NCBI RefSeq assembly: GCF_009914755.1
Contig: NC_060947.1
From: the human T2T-CHM13v2.0 reference genome, Homo sapiens
Strand: one strand, 5' to 3'
DNA length: 64,000 bases
Part shown: in pieces, positions 39,801 to 51,449 of the stretch
Position numbering within the stretch: the first letter of the stretch is position 1
How the letters are laid out: each line of letters begins with the position of its first letter
Program-made: the position numbers and the translations under genes
The notes under the pieces: model-generated
What the model saw: only the letters and a program-made list of their open reading frames with translations
What the model was told of the DNA's origin: nothing
The model's database searches: none

Positions 39801-41335
39801 GTTCCCTTAAATCAATTTTTAGTAGTCTTCTGCCTCACCCCCATAACCATCCAGGTCTCTCTTCGCTTCCTTGTTTCTCTTTTCCTCTTCTCACCAACAA
39901 GTCTCTTTCTTCAAAGTCTCCCTTTCCTTTCCCAACTCCCTCCCACCAGTACGCTCAACCTTTGGCAACCCTCTGTCCCACACTTTCCAGGTCAATCCCA
40001 ATTTCAGATAATCTCTCTTGATATCAAACTGCATGACCTGATTTGAATCGGAAAACAGAGTGAAACAGAGTCCCTTGCTCTGAGGAATGTTGCTATGGTC
40101 TATCTTAGATCAAGAAGACAAGAGCTGCCTTGGCAGCCCTACATCATAATCTGATGAGCATGAAGAAGGCTCACCTTGCCTATAAATATTTGTTTTTTGC
40201 CTATGAGTGATGCCAGAAACCGTCATGGTCGGCATACAATTCCTTTGAGTCAAATTGCAAGGTTTGTCTGTCAGGGTTGCCTTGGTAAGGCAGGGTTATT
40301 ATTTATATCTGAGTGCAAATTCCTTGATCAGAGCCTTTCCTGTCAGGGAGAGGAGACGGAAGGGTTCCAGGGAGCCTACTCCCCACGGAAGAGGAAGGCT
40401 GTGCTAGCATGGATGGGGTATGTGAGTGTGGGAGCTCAGCTGACTGAGAGCTGTGTCCCCGGCTCCATTTTGCCTAGGGGCGAGCCCTGTGTGTTGCAAC
40501 AGATGTGTGCTTTGGAATCACCAAGGTTGGGAAGCCAGGCCTCAGAGGGAGTGGCTGGAGGCTGATCTCATCCTGAAATGATGTGGGCTTGGATTCCCAG
40601 AGGGTGGAGAGGAGGACCAGTCCAGAGAGAAGGACATGCTTTTGGAGGGAGGTCTAAAGACAAAAAGAGGGCTTTAGTTATTTTTTGAGCTTAGGTGTAG
40701 GTGATGGTTGGGGGTAAGTGACAAAAGAAAATAGGTCCTGAAAGGGGGGTGTCTCCTTTCATGATTAGGAACAGAAGAATGAACTCAAGGACTGCCCCCT
40801 TTTCTTCAGGAAGCAAACAACTTCTGAGGGTGTGACAGGGTTCACTGGGTGTTCCCCTTTAAGGGAGGTTAGCCCCTACGTGAAGCTGCTTGGCTGGTAG
40901 AGGATAATTGGGTGTTCCCCAATCCAGATAAGCAGAAGCTCAGGTGCCCCTCCCTGTAGGCTTTTCAGCTTTCTTTATCACTTGCTAGGCAGGCCCTGCC
41001 ATCCTTGGGAGTAGGTATGAGAGAGGGAGTTGAGAGGCCAGGCTTTCCCTGCCCCTGTTCTTCACAGAACACAGCTGAAAAAGGAAGGCCAGAGATGTGA
41101 CACCCCCCAGCCCCAGGGATTCTACCACACATTGCAAACCTCACAGAGGATGCTTATTCTACAAAATTTGTGGGCATATTCATAGGTACTATGGAGCTAA
41201 ATAATTTGAAAACAATAACAAAACCCATTTACTGATTATTTGGTTAATAAAGACCTCATTCCTTCAAAGTATGTTGCTAGGAGCCACTGAAAGTGGACTT
41301 GACCTGAGGAGCAGCAAGGAGCTTCCTCCTGCTGT

Positions 41336-41402
41336 ATACACAGACACACACAGACAGACAGACAGACACACACACACGCATGCGCGCACACACATGCACA
41401 TG
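41336..41402. repeat. Compound (CAGA)n/(CA)n microsatellite
   Basis: acacagacacacacagacagacagacagacacacacacacgcatgcgcgcacacacatgcaca. Confidence 0.9.
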
Positions 41403-41557
41403 CCCGGATCCTTCTCCAAACACGTCCATGATACCAGGGCAGCAGAATTGGGGCACATTAGAGACACAGGCTCTGCCCACATTCTGAAGCTCCCTGTCAT
41501 TCCCAGGTCTTGGTGCTTGGCCAGACTCCCCTTACCCAGACTCATAGCCTCATAGCT

Positions 41558-41818
41558 ATCATTCCAAAACCCCAAAAGCTCTGGAAACTGAGAGCCTTTG
41601 TACGTTTATGACAAACTCATTTGGCAGCGCAACTTGAACTGACATGAGGTTATTTATAGTCTTTATTTTTCACACCCTGTGTGAATATTCATGTGTTTTT
41701 GCTCCAGAAATATCAATGTACTTGATTACTGGGTACTGCCTCAGACCCCACTGGAGGTGATATATATGTGCTGTATACACCCAATCGCCTTTTAAAAGTC
41801 CAAAGCATTCTGAATTCC
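41558..41818 (+). mobile_element. MER46C-like TcMar-Tigger element
   Basis: attccaaaac...aaactcatttggcagc...gaactgacatgaggttatttatagtctttattt...cagaccccactgg...ttctgaattcc. Confidence 0.75.
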
Positions 41819-41984
41819 TTCAATTATACTAAGCCTCCCACTGTCTTATAATGATCTGTTTGGCATGTCTCCCTCATTAGCCTGTGAACTTCTTCTCCAG
41901 TGCTCAGCACACAGTCCAGCATGGGGTGGAAGCTCGACTAATGTTTTAGGAATGAAGAACGAACAGTCTTTAGTGATTCCGGAG

Positions 41985-42260
41985 ACTTGTTGTCATGTTC
42001 TTTCTTACATCTAAACTAAAGTACGTCATGCTACCATTCGTTTATTCTGTGCCATCAATAGCGAGGAAGAACAGTTGGTCAGGCTCCTTCATTTTTTTTC
42101 CTCTTGAGGCTAAATCGTCCTTATAATCCTAATACCTTTAACCTTTTCCCCTAGATCCTCTTTTCCAATCCCTTAATCGTCTTCATTGCTGTCTTCTGAA
42201 GTCTTTACAGGTTCTTTCCTTCCGAAATTGTGGCCTAGTGCTTAGGATAGGGCTGCAAAG
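41985..42260 (-). mobile_element. L3/CR1 fragment
   Basis: ttctttcttacatctaaactaaa...aggctaaat...aaccttttcc...ttttccaatcccttaatcgtcttcattgct. Confidence 0.5.
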
Positions 42261-43504
42261 AGCCCAGCTATTACACATAATAGGCCTCTGGTTTCTATGG
42301 TGCTTTTCCGATCAGTTTCATTTGGCTGGGCTAAGAAGCTTTGCCTTTAAAAATACACTCGCAGGACAAACTCCAGGGGCATGAACAACTTTCACCTGAG
42401 CATGCTGGTTGGTAATAGGAAGGGAAAATAGCACTGTCTGATCATAAGAAACTGTAATTACGAAAGCTGAAAGCAACAGGTAACACATGCAGTAGGCACC
42501 TGTATACAAAAACCACTGTTGATAATTACGGTACCTCAGCCTATTATTTTTACCTTGGGAGAACCGGCCTTGTTTGTGCGCATCATGTGCCTTTTCTCTC
42601 ATAAGGTTGCTAAAGGCCATTTCTGACCACTTCCCATTAAATTCAGGGAGTGAACCTGACTCTGTCAGGGTTGCTGAAAATCACCGGATTAAGTTAAACT
42701 CACTAATTAAGCCTGTTAGACTTCCTGTAACTCACGATTTTTCTTGGCATAAGTAAAAACATTTCACTCAGAGGCAAAATGTGTTATATTAATAACCAGG
42801 AAACAAGAAAATACACATAGTAGCATTTTCGGAAGCAAATTCTGTCATCCGCATTCTGTTGAAACGGCCATTGTCATTTCTCCTAATAGCCTAAAGTGTT
42901 TACTTTTGGGGTGGAAACTATACATACTGTGATGGAGATTCAGAGATACGCTTTTGTCAGTTAAATTCGAAAAATATATTCAGGTGTGCTTGTTGTGTCC
43001 CCCCCCCCCCCAAGCATGAGTCAGAGCCTTTCATGGGGTTTTGTGTAAATGTATTTTCTAAGAGGTGCTGTTGGGATTTTGCATACAGGTCATTCTTTTT
43101 AAAAAGGTCACGTTGCAATTTTTCTATCCTTTCTTGTGTTGTTATCCCTCAGGGAAGAAGATGTAGAATGCCAAATTGCAAAGGGAGCTTGTAAAGAGGG
43201 GAACATTAAAATTGGATAACCAAGAGCTCCCAGAGAGGGCCTCAATGGCTGAAAGGAGCCCCTTCTGAGCAAATGGGTAGCAGCGTAAAAGCCAAATTAA
43301 CCTGGGAGGAGAAGGTATGGAACTTTTGGAGAAACACTTTGTTTACCTCACCATCTTACCATATCCAGCTGGCTGTTTCTCCAAGAATGTTAGTGCTCCA
43401 GAAGGGAGGGAAACCTGTCCCCACTGCTAATAGAAGAGGCTGAAATTTTCTTTCAGAGTTTCCAGATGTCCTTGGCAAATGCTAGCAATAGTCATTCTCT
43501 CTCT

Positions 43505-43765
43505 TTTAATAATTATAATAAGCTGCTTTTTAAGGGAACATTAACTGTGTGGTAGGCTCTATGCTAAGTGTTTTATATAAGGTATCTCTATTAATCTTCA
43601 CTATGATCCTTCCAAAAAGGTATTGCTATTACCCTCAATTTCCATAGGAGGAAACGGGCCCAAAGAAGTTAGACAACCTGGGCAAGGTCACCCAGCTAGT
43701 AAGTGGAGGAGCCAGAACTTAAACGCAGATCCACCTGACACCAACACCTGGTTCTGAACCATGGT
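43505..43765 (-). mobile_element. MIR SINE
   Basis: tgctaagtgtttta...gaggaaacgggc...caaggtcacccagctagtaagtggaggagccaga. Confidence 0.75.
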
Positions 43766-44024
43766 GTGCAAGTCCTTGTAAAGTCAAACAGTCTCTTTAA
43801 TAAGCTTGACTATATTTTCTCTTTTACCAAATCACAGAACATCTGGTCTGCTTAATTTTATGAGACTGTAATTACAGCAATGAAAAGGATGTTAGCCTAC
43901 TCTGAAAACCCTAGCTGAAGGGCTTTCTATTGCTTTGTTTAGAGATTTGTTCTTTTCTCTCCACCTCCACCCCCGACTCCCCAAATTGGATAGTAAGTTC
44001 TTCAAGGAAGGTTCTGGAAAGTGG

Positions 44025-44655
44025 TTTTTTTTTTTTCTTCAAGTTCTGTGTTACATGTGCAGAACTTGCAGTTTGGTTACTTAGGTATACAAGTGCCATG
44101 GTGGTTTGCTGCACCCATCTACCCGTCACCTACATTAGGTATTTCTCCTAATGCTATCCCTCCCCTAGCCCCCCACGCCCCACAGGCCCCGGTGTGTGAT
44201 GTTCCCCTCTCTGCTTCCATGTGTTCTCATTGTTCAACTCCCACTTATGAGTGAGGACATGCGGTGTTTGGTTTTCTGATCTTGCGATAGTTTGCTGAGA
44301 ATGATGGTTTCCAGCTTCATCCATGTCCCTGCAAAGGACGTGAACTCATTCTTTTTTATGGCTGCATAATATTCCATGGTGTATGTGTGCCACATTTTCT
44401 TTATCCAGTCTATCATTGATGGACATTTGGGTTGGTTCCAAGTCTTTGCTATTGTGAATAGTGCCGCAATAAACATAGGTGGGCATGTGTCTTTATAGCA
44501 GCATGATTTGTAATCCTTTGTGTATATGCCCAGTAATGGGATCGCTGGGTCAAATGGTATTTCTAGTTCTAGATCCTTGAAGAATCTCCAGTGTCTTCCA
44601 CGATATTTGAACTAATTTACACACCCACCAACAGTGTAAAAGCATTCCTCTTTTT
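44025..44655 (-). mobile_element. L1PA6-like 5'-truncated LINE-1, inserted in an L2 tail
   Basis: L1PA 3' UTR and ORF2 end (MFIAALFTIAKTWNQPKCPS); perfect 13-bp TSD ggttctggaaagt at 44010-44022 and 44656-44668. Confidence 0.93.
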
Positions 44656-45369
44656 GGTTCTGGAAAGTCTTATGCTCCTCTGCTTTCTATAGTTCTCATA
44701 GTGCCTGGCATGTAGTGTGTGCTCCATAAATATTGACTGATTGATGAATGTGTGGATGTTTCATGCAATAGTTTTTGGGTTGTTCAACACCATTTCTTAA
44801 TGCTAAGCAAACAGGTTAGAACCTTCAAGATGTCTGTTGTCTTAATCTAGTTGCTTGCACTGAGGTAACTTTTTAATATCATCTCTGCACAGGAGCTGAA
44901 TGCCTTCTTTGGCACCTGGATGATTGATTGTGTTTTCTCCTTTTCCTCGGAAAGCTCTGGTATTGCGCAAACGCTGCTTTAGGTGATTAACAATGCCGCC
45001 AACTTCACCAGTCACCTTTGCAGACAATTCTTGAATTTTATAGGAAAGTGGGAACCTGTTTAAGTATAGTTTCTAGTTAATTCTGCTTCCCCATCCTGGT
45101 TTGCTCAATGCTACATAAAAGATTTTCTTTGTGGAATGAGACAGAATAGAAAAAATAAAAATACATTCTCAATGGCTGGGTGAAGAGAGTCCTTGAGATT
45201 TTACCAGCTTGGTATTTCTCACTGTTGGAACTTCAACCCAGGATGCAGATTCATCCTAGTGAGCCTCACAGGAAACTCTGCCTTGGTCTAGAAGATACAG
45301 TGCAAATATATAGGATAGGACAGGTAAGGTCAGCAGAAGCCACTTTTCAGCACATACCATGTGATTGCT

Positions 45370-45590
45370 AGAATAATACAAATAACAACCATTTACTAGC
45401 AGATTACTATGTGGCAGGTACTGTGCTAAGCATTTTCCAGACATTCATTATTGTTGCCATTTTTCCAGGTGAGCAAACTGCAGCTCAGAGAGTCTAAGTG
45501 AATTTCTTTGTCTTTAAGCAGTATGAGATAGACCCTGGACTTGAACTCAGGTCCATCTGATTCCAGAGTACATAGTCCTTTTGCTACAGT
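45370..45590 (-). mobile_element. MIR SINE
   Basis: tactatgtggcaggtactgtgctaagcattt...aaactgcagctcagaga...gaactcagg...tctgattccagag. Confidence 0.75.
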
Positions 45591-46216
45591 GCTTTGCAGG
45601 GAGCTGTGCTGGCTTCTCAAATGGTTTGGGGCTATCTGTGTGAGGCTGACAAGAAAACTATTTAAAGGCTGGTAGAAGAGGGCCCTAACAGAAGGTCTGA
45701 CTCTCATTTTCTTTCTATTTGCAGAAGATAATTCTTTCCTGTTTCAATATCAGAAGGGGATCTAGCTGAAGGCAAAAGGCCACAGGGTTCTGGTGAGGCA
45801 CAAGTTCAAACCTTGCTGTAGTTGGACCTGTTCTACTGACTATCAACGGCCTGGGTCTGTGGGTGATCATAGTGTCAGGGGGCTGGAGATTGGAAGTTCA
45901 GAGTGGAAGAGCTGGCATATGCCGCAAAATGCACCCTGTTGGGATGGAGCAGGAAACTCAACTGCAGCTGAGTTTAGTGGGGCACCCAAAGAGAGTGGCA
46001 ACAACAGGTATCAATTTAGAGAAGCACTTGGCTTTGGTGAAAGCAGAAGTCCTGCCCAGCCTAGCTGAACTGAGCAGGAGCAGGTGAGGCTTAGGAGTCC
46101 TGCCAGGTGCTAGTAGCAAGGATGGGACTCTAGTCCTTGGAGGCAAGGGTGAAGGAGTTGGGAGCCTGGGAAGAACCAGACAAAATCCCAGTTCCACAGA
46201 AACTGAATGACTAGAC

Positions 46217-46926
46217 TGGTGGCTCTCAACTGAGACAATACTGCCCCCTAGGGGACTTTTGGAAAATGCAAGAGGGTATTCAGAGGACTGGAAATGGGGA
46301 TGCTAGATGTTCTCCAACGCCCACGACAGACTTGCAAAATGAAAAATAGTCTAGCATCCCGAATAATTTTTGAATGTTCTGCTGGACTTCCATGGAGCTG
46401 AAAACTGCTTTTCTAATTATCTAAACTTTTACTATAAATGTTTTATACCTAAGCATAAAGGGTTTTGCTTCCCCTGCCCCGACCCCACAGTTTTAATCAA
46501 CTATTCTGTAAAGATATGGAAGATTACATGGTTACAGAGGATCACACAGACTCATTCACCATTTCAGGAAATCATGTCAACAATTGTGATGTTGCTTTTG
46601 GAATTAATCAATATAACATATCAGTTTGTGTCCATAACTGTTGCATTCATGGGGATTCTATATAAAGGCACAAGCTTCTGACTACTTCATTTAATCATTC
46701 AATGTAGTCCTGTGTGAGCATTTACAGAGTTAAATACATAGTGTTTTATTATGTATTGCTTTATTTTCTCTTTATGTGGCAGGACATATAGCTATCTTTT
46801 TGAACTTATGCGTGTAGGTAGGTTATAGTACCTAGAAATTTAATTTCAGGATAGTAAAGGGGTGAAGCAAAAGCAGATTTATTATAAAAGAGAGGATGTT
46901 AAGTCTGATAAGGTTGAACACCACTG
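46217..46926 (+). mobile_element. MER20B-like hAT-Charlie element
   Basis: TIRs tggtggctctcaac / ggttgaacaccactg; ctgccccctagggg, cttctgactacttcatt, atttcaggatagtaaagggg. Confidence 0.75.
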
Positions 46927-47814
46927 TGCTAGCCTGATGGCTTCGTGAGGGCCAGGACCATGTGTTTTGCTTCCGTTTGGCCTAATTAACTGAGGTGCTT
47001 ATAAATAATGAATAATGAATGTGGATGCAAGCACACAGCTGGAGTCAGGCATGTAGGTCAGCATAGTCGGGGTATATAAAAGTGGCAGGAGATGGGGACT
47101 TTTTTTTTTGAGACGGGGACTTTTGATCACCAAAAGAAGGCAGGATCCCAGTTATCAGAAGAGAAACCATAGTTCAGAGTTTGCCTCAAAGCTAGAGCGT
47201 CCTAATGTCAAGGCCCAGGGCTTCCTACAGTCCTCTTATCTTGAGACATGCTGGAGCCAAGGGACTGACGTCAGATGGTCCCAGTGGTGAAGAGAGTTGT
47301 GTTTACATTCTCACTTGCTGGTATCAATCGTAGGGGCCCAAAGACCTCACTACCTAAAAAGAGGGCTGTTTTCCAGCTTAGCTGTACCTCTTTGCATTGT
47401 TTTGTCTGGCCAAGACAGAGAGGATACCAGGGAAAATGAGGCTCGAGTATTGTACGTATAATCTGTCAATGCCCTCCATGCCCCCATTAGGATCTCAGGC
47501 TGTCTTGGCCTTCAGGCAGATCCAGCTCCCCCATTTTTCTGTTGTTGCTGCTGCTGTTTTTTTTTTTTCACTCCCCTGATCCCATCAATAATACGTGTAC
47601 TCCTTCCTTCTGGGTCCTGTCCTCAAAGGTAACTGCTAAATATCTGACAAAGGAATGGCTAAAGCCTTCAGGGCTCCTGATAAGAGAATGGGCTCCCACT
47701 TAGCAAGAAGGGCAGGGGGCAGCACCTCACTTAGAGATATGGTACATAAGTACAGAGGGAGGTATTGAACCACCTGTTGTCAGGAGCAGAAGGGACCCTG
47801 AGGTCATCTGGTTC

Positions 47815-47996
47815 ACTAGATCCCAAACCTGGCTGTACAATGGAATTACCAGGAATGCTGTTGAAATACAGATGCAGTGTGGCTCCTAATCCTCAGAGTC
47901 TGATTCAGTAAGTCCGAGATGAGGACTTGAATTATCTGCATATTATTAACAGTATCACTGGTGATTTTGATGAGGAACCCAGTTAGGGAAACCACT
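47815..47996. mobile_element. MER5B-like MITE nested in a minus-strand MIR
   Basis: tcccaaacctggctgtaca...tctgattcagta...ggtgattttgatg...gggaaaccact; MIR core follows at about 48005-48105. Confidence 0.7.
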
Positions 47997-49334
47997 CAGA
48001 CTGACTTTCTCGTTTTATGGGTAGCCAGCTGAGTCACCGACAGGGATGATGACTCGCCTCGGGTCACAGAGCAAGTCATGGCAGAGTTGGAAATGGAACT
48101 CAGGGTTTTTCCTCCCCTGTATTGGTGGTGGGACGATCTGACATTATTAGTGTGGGAAGAAGGACCTTAAATTTCACTGTACAAGCTGCTGCTCACTCTG
48201 CCTAGAGGTAGAGGACAGAGGGCATCTTAAAGGTTGTTTTTCGTTATAATAAGCAGTACATTTACTTCAGAGTTTGGAAGTGAATCAACAAAATACCCAT
48301 CAAGATTAGTAGGACAAGAGGAACTCGCCAATATCTTTGACGATGTCTATCCATAGAAAGCCAAGTGAAATAATGGAGGTAATTATCCACCTATTTTCTT
48401 TGAACACTTTGACCGAAAATCTCCTGGTAACTGAGGGAAAATAGGAGCTTTTAAAAATTGTTGTCTCAAGTAGCCTGAATGACTTCAACTCCCACTTTAC
48501 TTTTCTTTTTCTGTGGAGATGCTCTCCCAGATGCTTGTCTCCTGGGGGTAGCAGCTTTCCACAGACAAAATGTCCACAGCTTTGGGAAGCATGGAGGGAG
48601 AAGGGAAACATTAAGTGAAATGGGATGTCAGGTCAAGCTGCGTTGGTGGTGATGTAGTCACCTGTCGTTTCAAGATAACCTTTTGGATCCTAGATATGTC
48701 GTAGCTGGGGCCTTGGGACAAGTCCCAGCAGCCTCCAAGCCACAAGCTTATCATTTTGGCGCAATTCAAGGCAGCCTCCTTGAAAAGCTCCACGATGGCA
48801 GCTGCTCCATCAGCAACTGGATGAAAACAATGCCAAATCTCTTTATTTAAAATTAGGCACTTCCTATTTTGGTTCCTAAATGGCAAATCTATCTGCTCTC
48901 TGCCTCCAGTCTTCTGTGTCCAAAGCTGCCTTAATGTGAGGTATTTCAGCAGCGATCAGCAAGTGTCTTCCTATTTATAAGCAGCAGAGCTGCCATGGGT
49001 CACTGCACTTGTATCTCTGAGCAAGAGAAGTCAGGGGGCCTATTGGAAAGGAAAAATACTGTGGCCTCCGACAGTGAACCTTGGCGTGGGTCAGGGAAGA
49101 CTGTTCAAGTGCACCAGAGAATGGAGCTGTGATGAGTTCAGTTTTGTATCACTGGCATGGAAGTCAGTAGCCTCAAGATCTGGGAAGAGTTTGGTCACCA
49201 CTAATTTGCTACATGACCCTGGGCAAGAGTCGTCCCTTCTCTGGGCTTCAGCCTCACCATTTCTGGGGAAAAGGATGCACCATTTAATACATGGTGCCAT
49301 TTACTGTGACAACCGGCCTGCCACCAAAATATAA

Positions 49335-50880
49335 AGCTGAATCTTTATCTCACTCCTTATTCCAAAATATAATCCAATTAGGTCAGATTTAGATGTTAAA
49401 AAGAGAAACCATTAAAAGATTAGAAGAAGGCATAAGAGAATATTGAGGTAGGGAGTCTTTGCAAAGCAACGAGAAACTGTAGAATCTATGAAGAAAAAGA
49501 ATGATAGATTTGACTATGCAAAAATTTAACAACCTGAGTATGGTGAAAGATATCTCATGCAAAGTGGAAAGGCAACATATAAACCAGGATAAAGTCACAA
49601 CATAGAAGGAAGACAATGGTTTATTATTCAGAATACTCCACCAGCTCCAGTGTAAGAAGTGCATTATTTTCTTTACAGCACTTACCATGATTTACAATGA
49701 CATGATTTAGCTACTTGTTTTTCTATTATTTCCTCTGCTTACATGTTAGCTTCATGAAAGCTCAGGTTTTGCTTACTCACTATTATATTTCTAGTGCTAG
49801 ACTGGTGCCTGGCATACAGTAGGTACTCAATAAATACTTGTTGAAGGAAGGAATAAACGAGCTTCTGTAGACCAATGAGAAGATAATGAACAATTCACTA
49901 GAAAAATGCTCAAAGAATAATGAACAGGCAATTCACAGAGGAAAGGCAAAGGGCCTATGCCCTATTAAAAGGAACACCAATCAGTAATAATTAAGAAATG
50001 CAAATTAAAACAATATTGAGATGATTCAGATGTCAGCTTTTACCTCTCAAATTGGCAAAAATTTAAAAGGTCACTAAAACCCAGGGTTTGTGAGAATCTG
50101 GTGAAACAGCACACTCATTCACTCTTGATGCACATCTGGAGGGCAACTGGAAATGTTATTTGAGTCAGCAATTCCTGTCTTAGGAGTTTACCTTTGCAAA
50201 ATGCTCCATGTATAAGGATGTTCATTTAAACATTATTTGTAAATAGGAGCAAATTGAAAAAACTAAATGACCTCGGTGAAGGACTGGTTAAATCATTTAT
50301 AATACATCCCAATAATGACATACTAAGCATTACTATGCTAATGATTAAGAGTTTGAGCCTTGGTTAGACTGCCTAGGTTTGACTTCCTCCTCTAGCTTTT
50401 ATGAGCTGTGTGACTTCGACCAAGTTTCTAACCTCTCTGTGCCGTTTCTCATCTGTAAAATGGGAAAAGTAACAATTCATGAAGTTGTGAAGAGTAAATG
50501 AGATAATTCATATGAAATATTCAGATAGGACCTGGCACAGAGCATTTAATAATTGCTACACATTACTATTCCAACTACTAGTATAATGATGACAATGACG
50601 ATGTAGCCACAAATAAAGACAAGCTAGATCTTTAAATACTGATGTGCAATGATATCTCCAATATAGTATTGTGATAAAAGCAAGTTGCAGAAGAGTAAGT
50701 ATAGTAGGATCTGATTTTTGTTAAGGGTATTATATGTTACACATACAGGAAAAGACTGGAAGGATAGACAGACTGTCAACACTGGGGAGTAGAATAGGAG
50801 AGGTAGATTTTCCCTTGAGCAATAATTAGAGTTGTTTGAAACTAGCATGTGCTACTTTTATAATAAACAAAAGATGTAAA
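49335..50880 (+). mobile_element. L1ME-type ORF2 end and 3' UTR with nested L2 tail (about 49660-49860) and MIR (about 50345-50570)
   Basis: gatagatttgactat, gaacaggcaattcacagagga, aaatgcaaattaaaacaat, cagcaattcc...aggagttta, aaagcaagttgcagaa. Confidence 0.7.
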
Positions 50881-51224
50881 GGGAAAAAAAAGCTCCGTTT
50901 GGAATTCCGAGGACAGTTAATCCCACCAGGCTTCACATCCCCCAGTTCTTGGCCACAGCCCAAACGTTAAGCCTCCCTGCTCGTCATCTGTCCTCTCCCA
51001 TACCATCCTCATACTGCTCAGTGCTCCCATCCCTGCCACCCCGACTCATCCACCTCCCCACTACCGCCCTCTCTCACTCTTCTCAGTACCCTCTGGAAGC
51101 CCCCACCTTGCAGTAAACAATTCCCCCTACACCCTGGATAAATTTTACAGAGCACTATTGTCTACCTCCGGGCCTGGAAGTGCTGAAACCTGAGTCTCCA
51201 CGGCGGATCTCACGGCTTTGCCAC

Positions 51225-51243
51225 CAGCGCCCTCTAGTGGACA
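51225..51243 (-). promoter_or_regulatory. CTCF core motif
   Basis: Minus strand reads TGTCCACTAGAGGGCGCTG, fitting CCASYAGRKGGCRS at every position. Confidence 0.7.
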
Positions 51244-51449
51244 CTGTCCACACTCCCACACTACAGGCACCCTAGGGCTGGGAGGTGGGGTCTGTGCTCT
51301 AGCTTCCCCTGTTTGCTTCCAGGCTGTTAGTCCTCCGTCCTCAGCCAAGAACTCCTCCTTCTCATGCCATCTGGCTACTTCTCTCCTCGTTGACGCTTCT
51401 TTATAACCATCCCCTCCTGGTCAACCCCCCCCCACCCCCACATTCAACG

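Noticed and set aside
44842-45027. 61-aa minus-strand ORF
   Set aside because: Non-ATG start, unrecognised peptide and no convincing splice sites.
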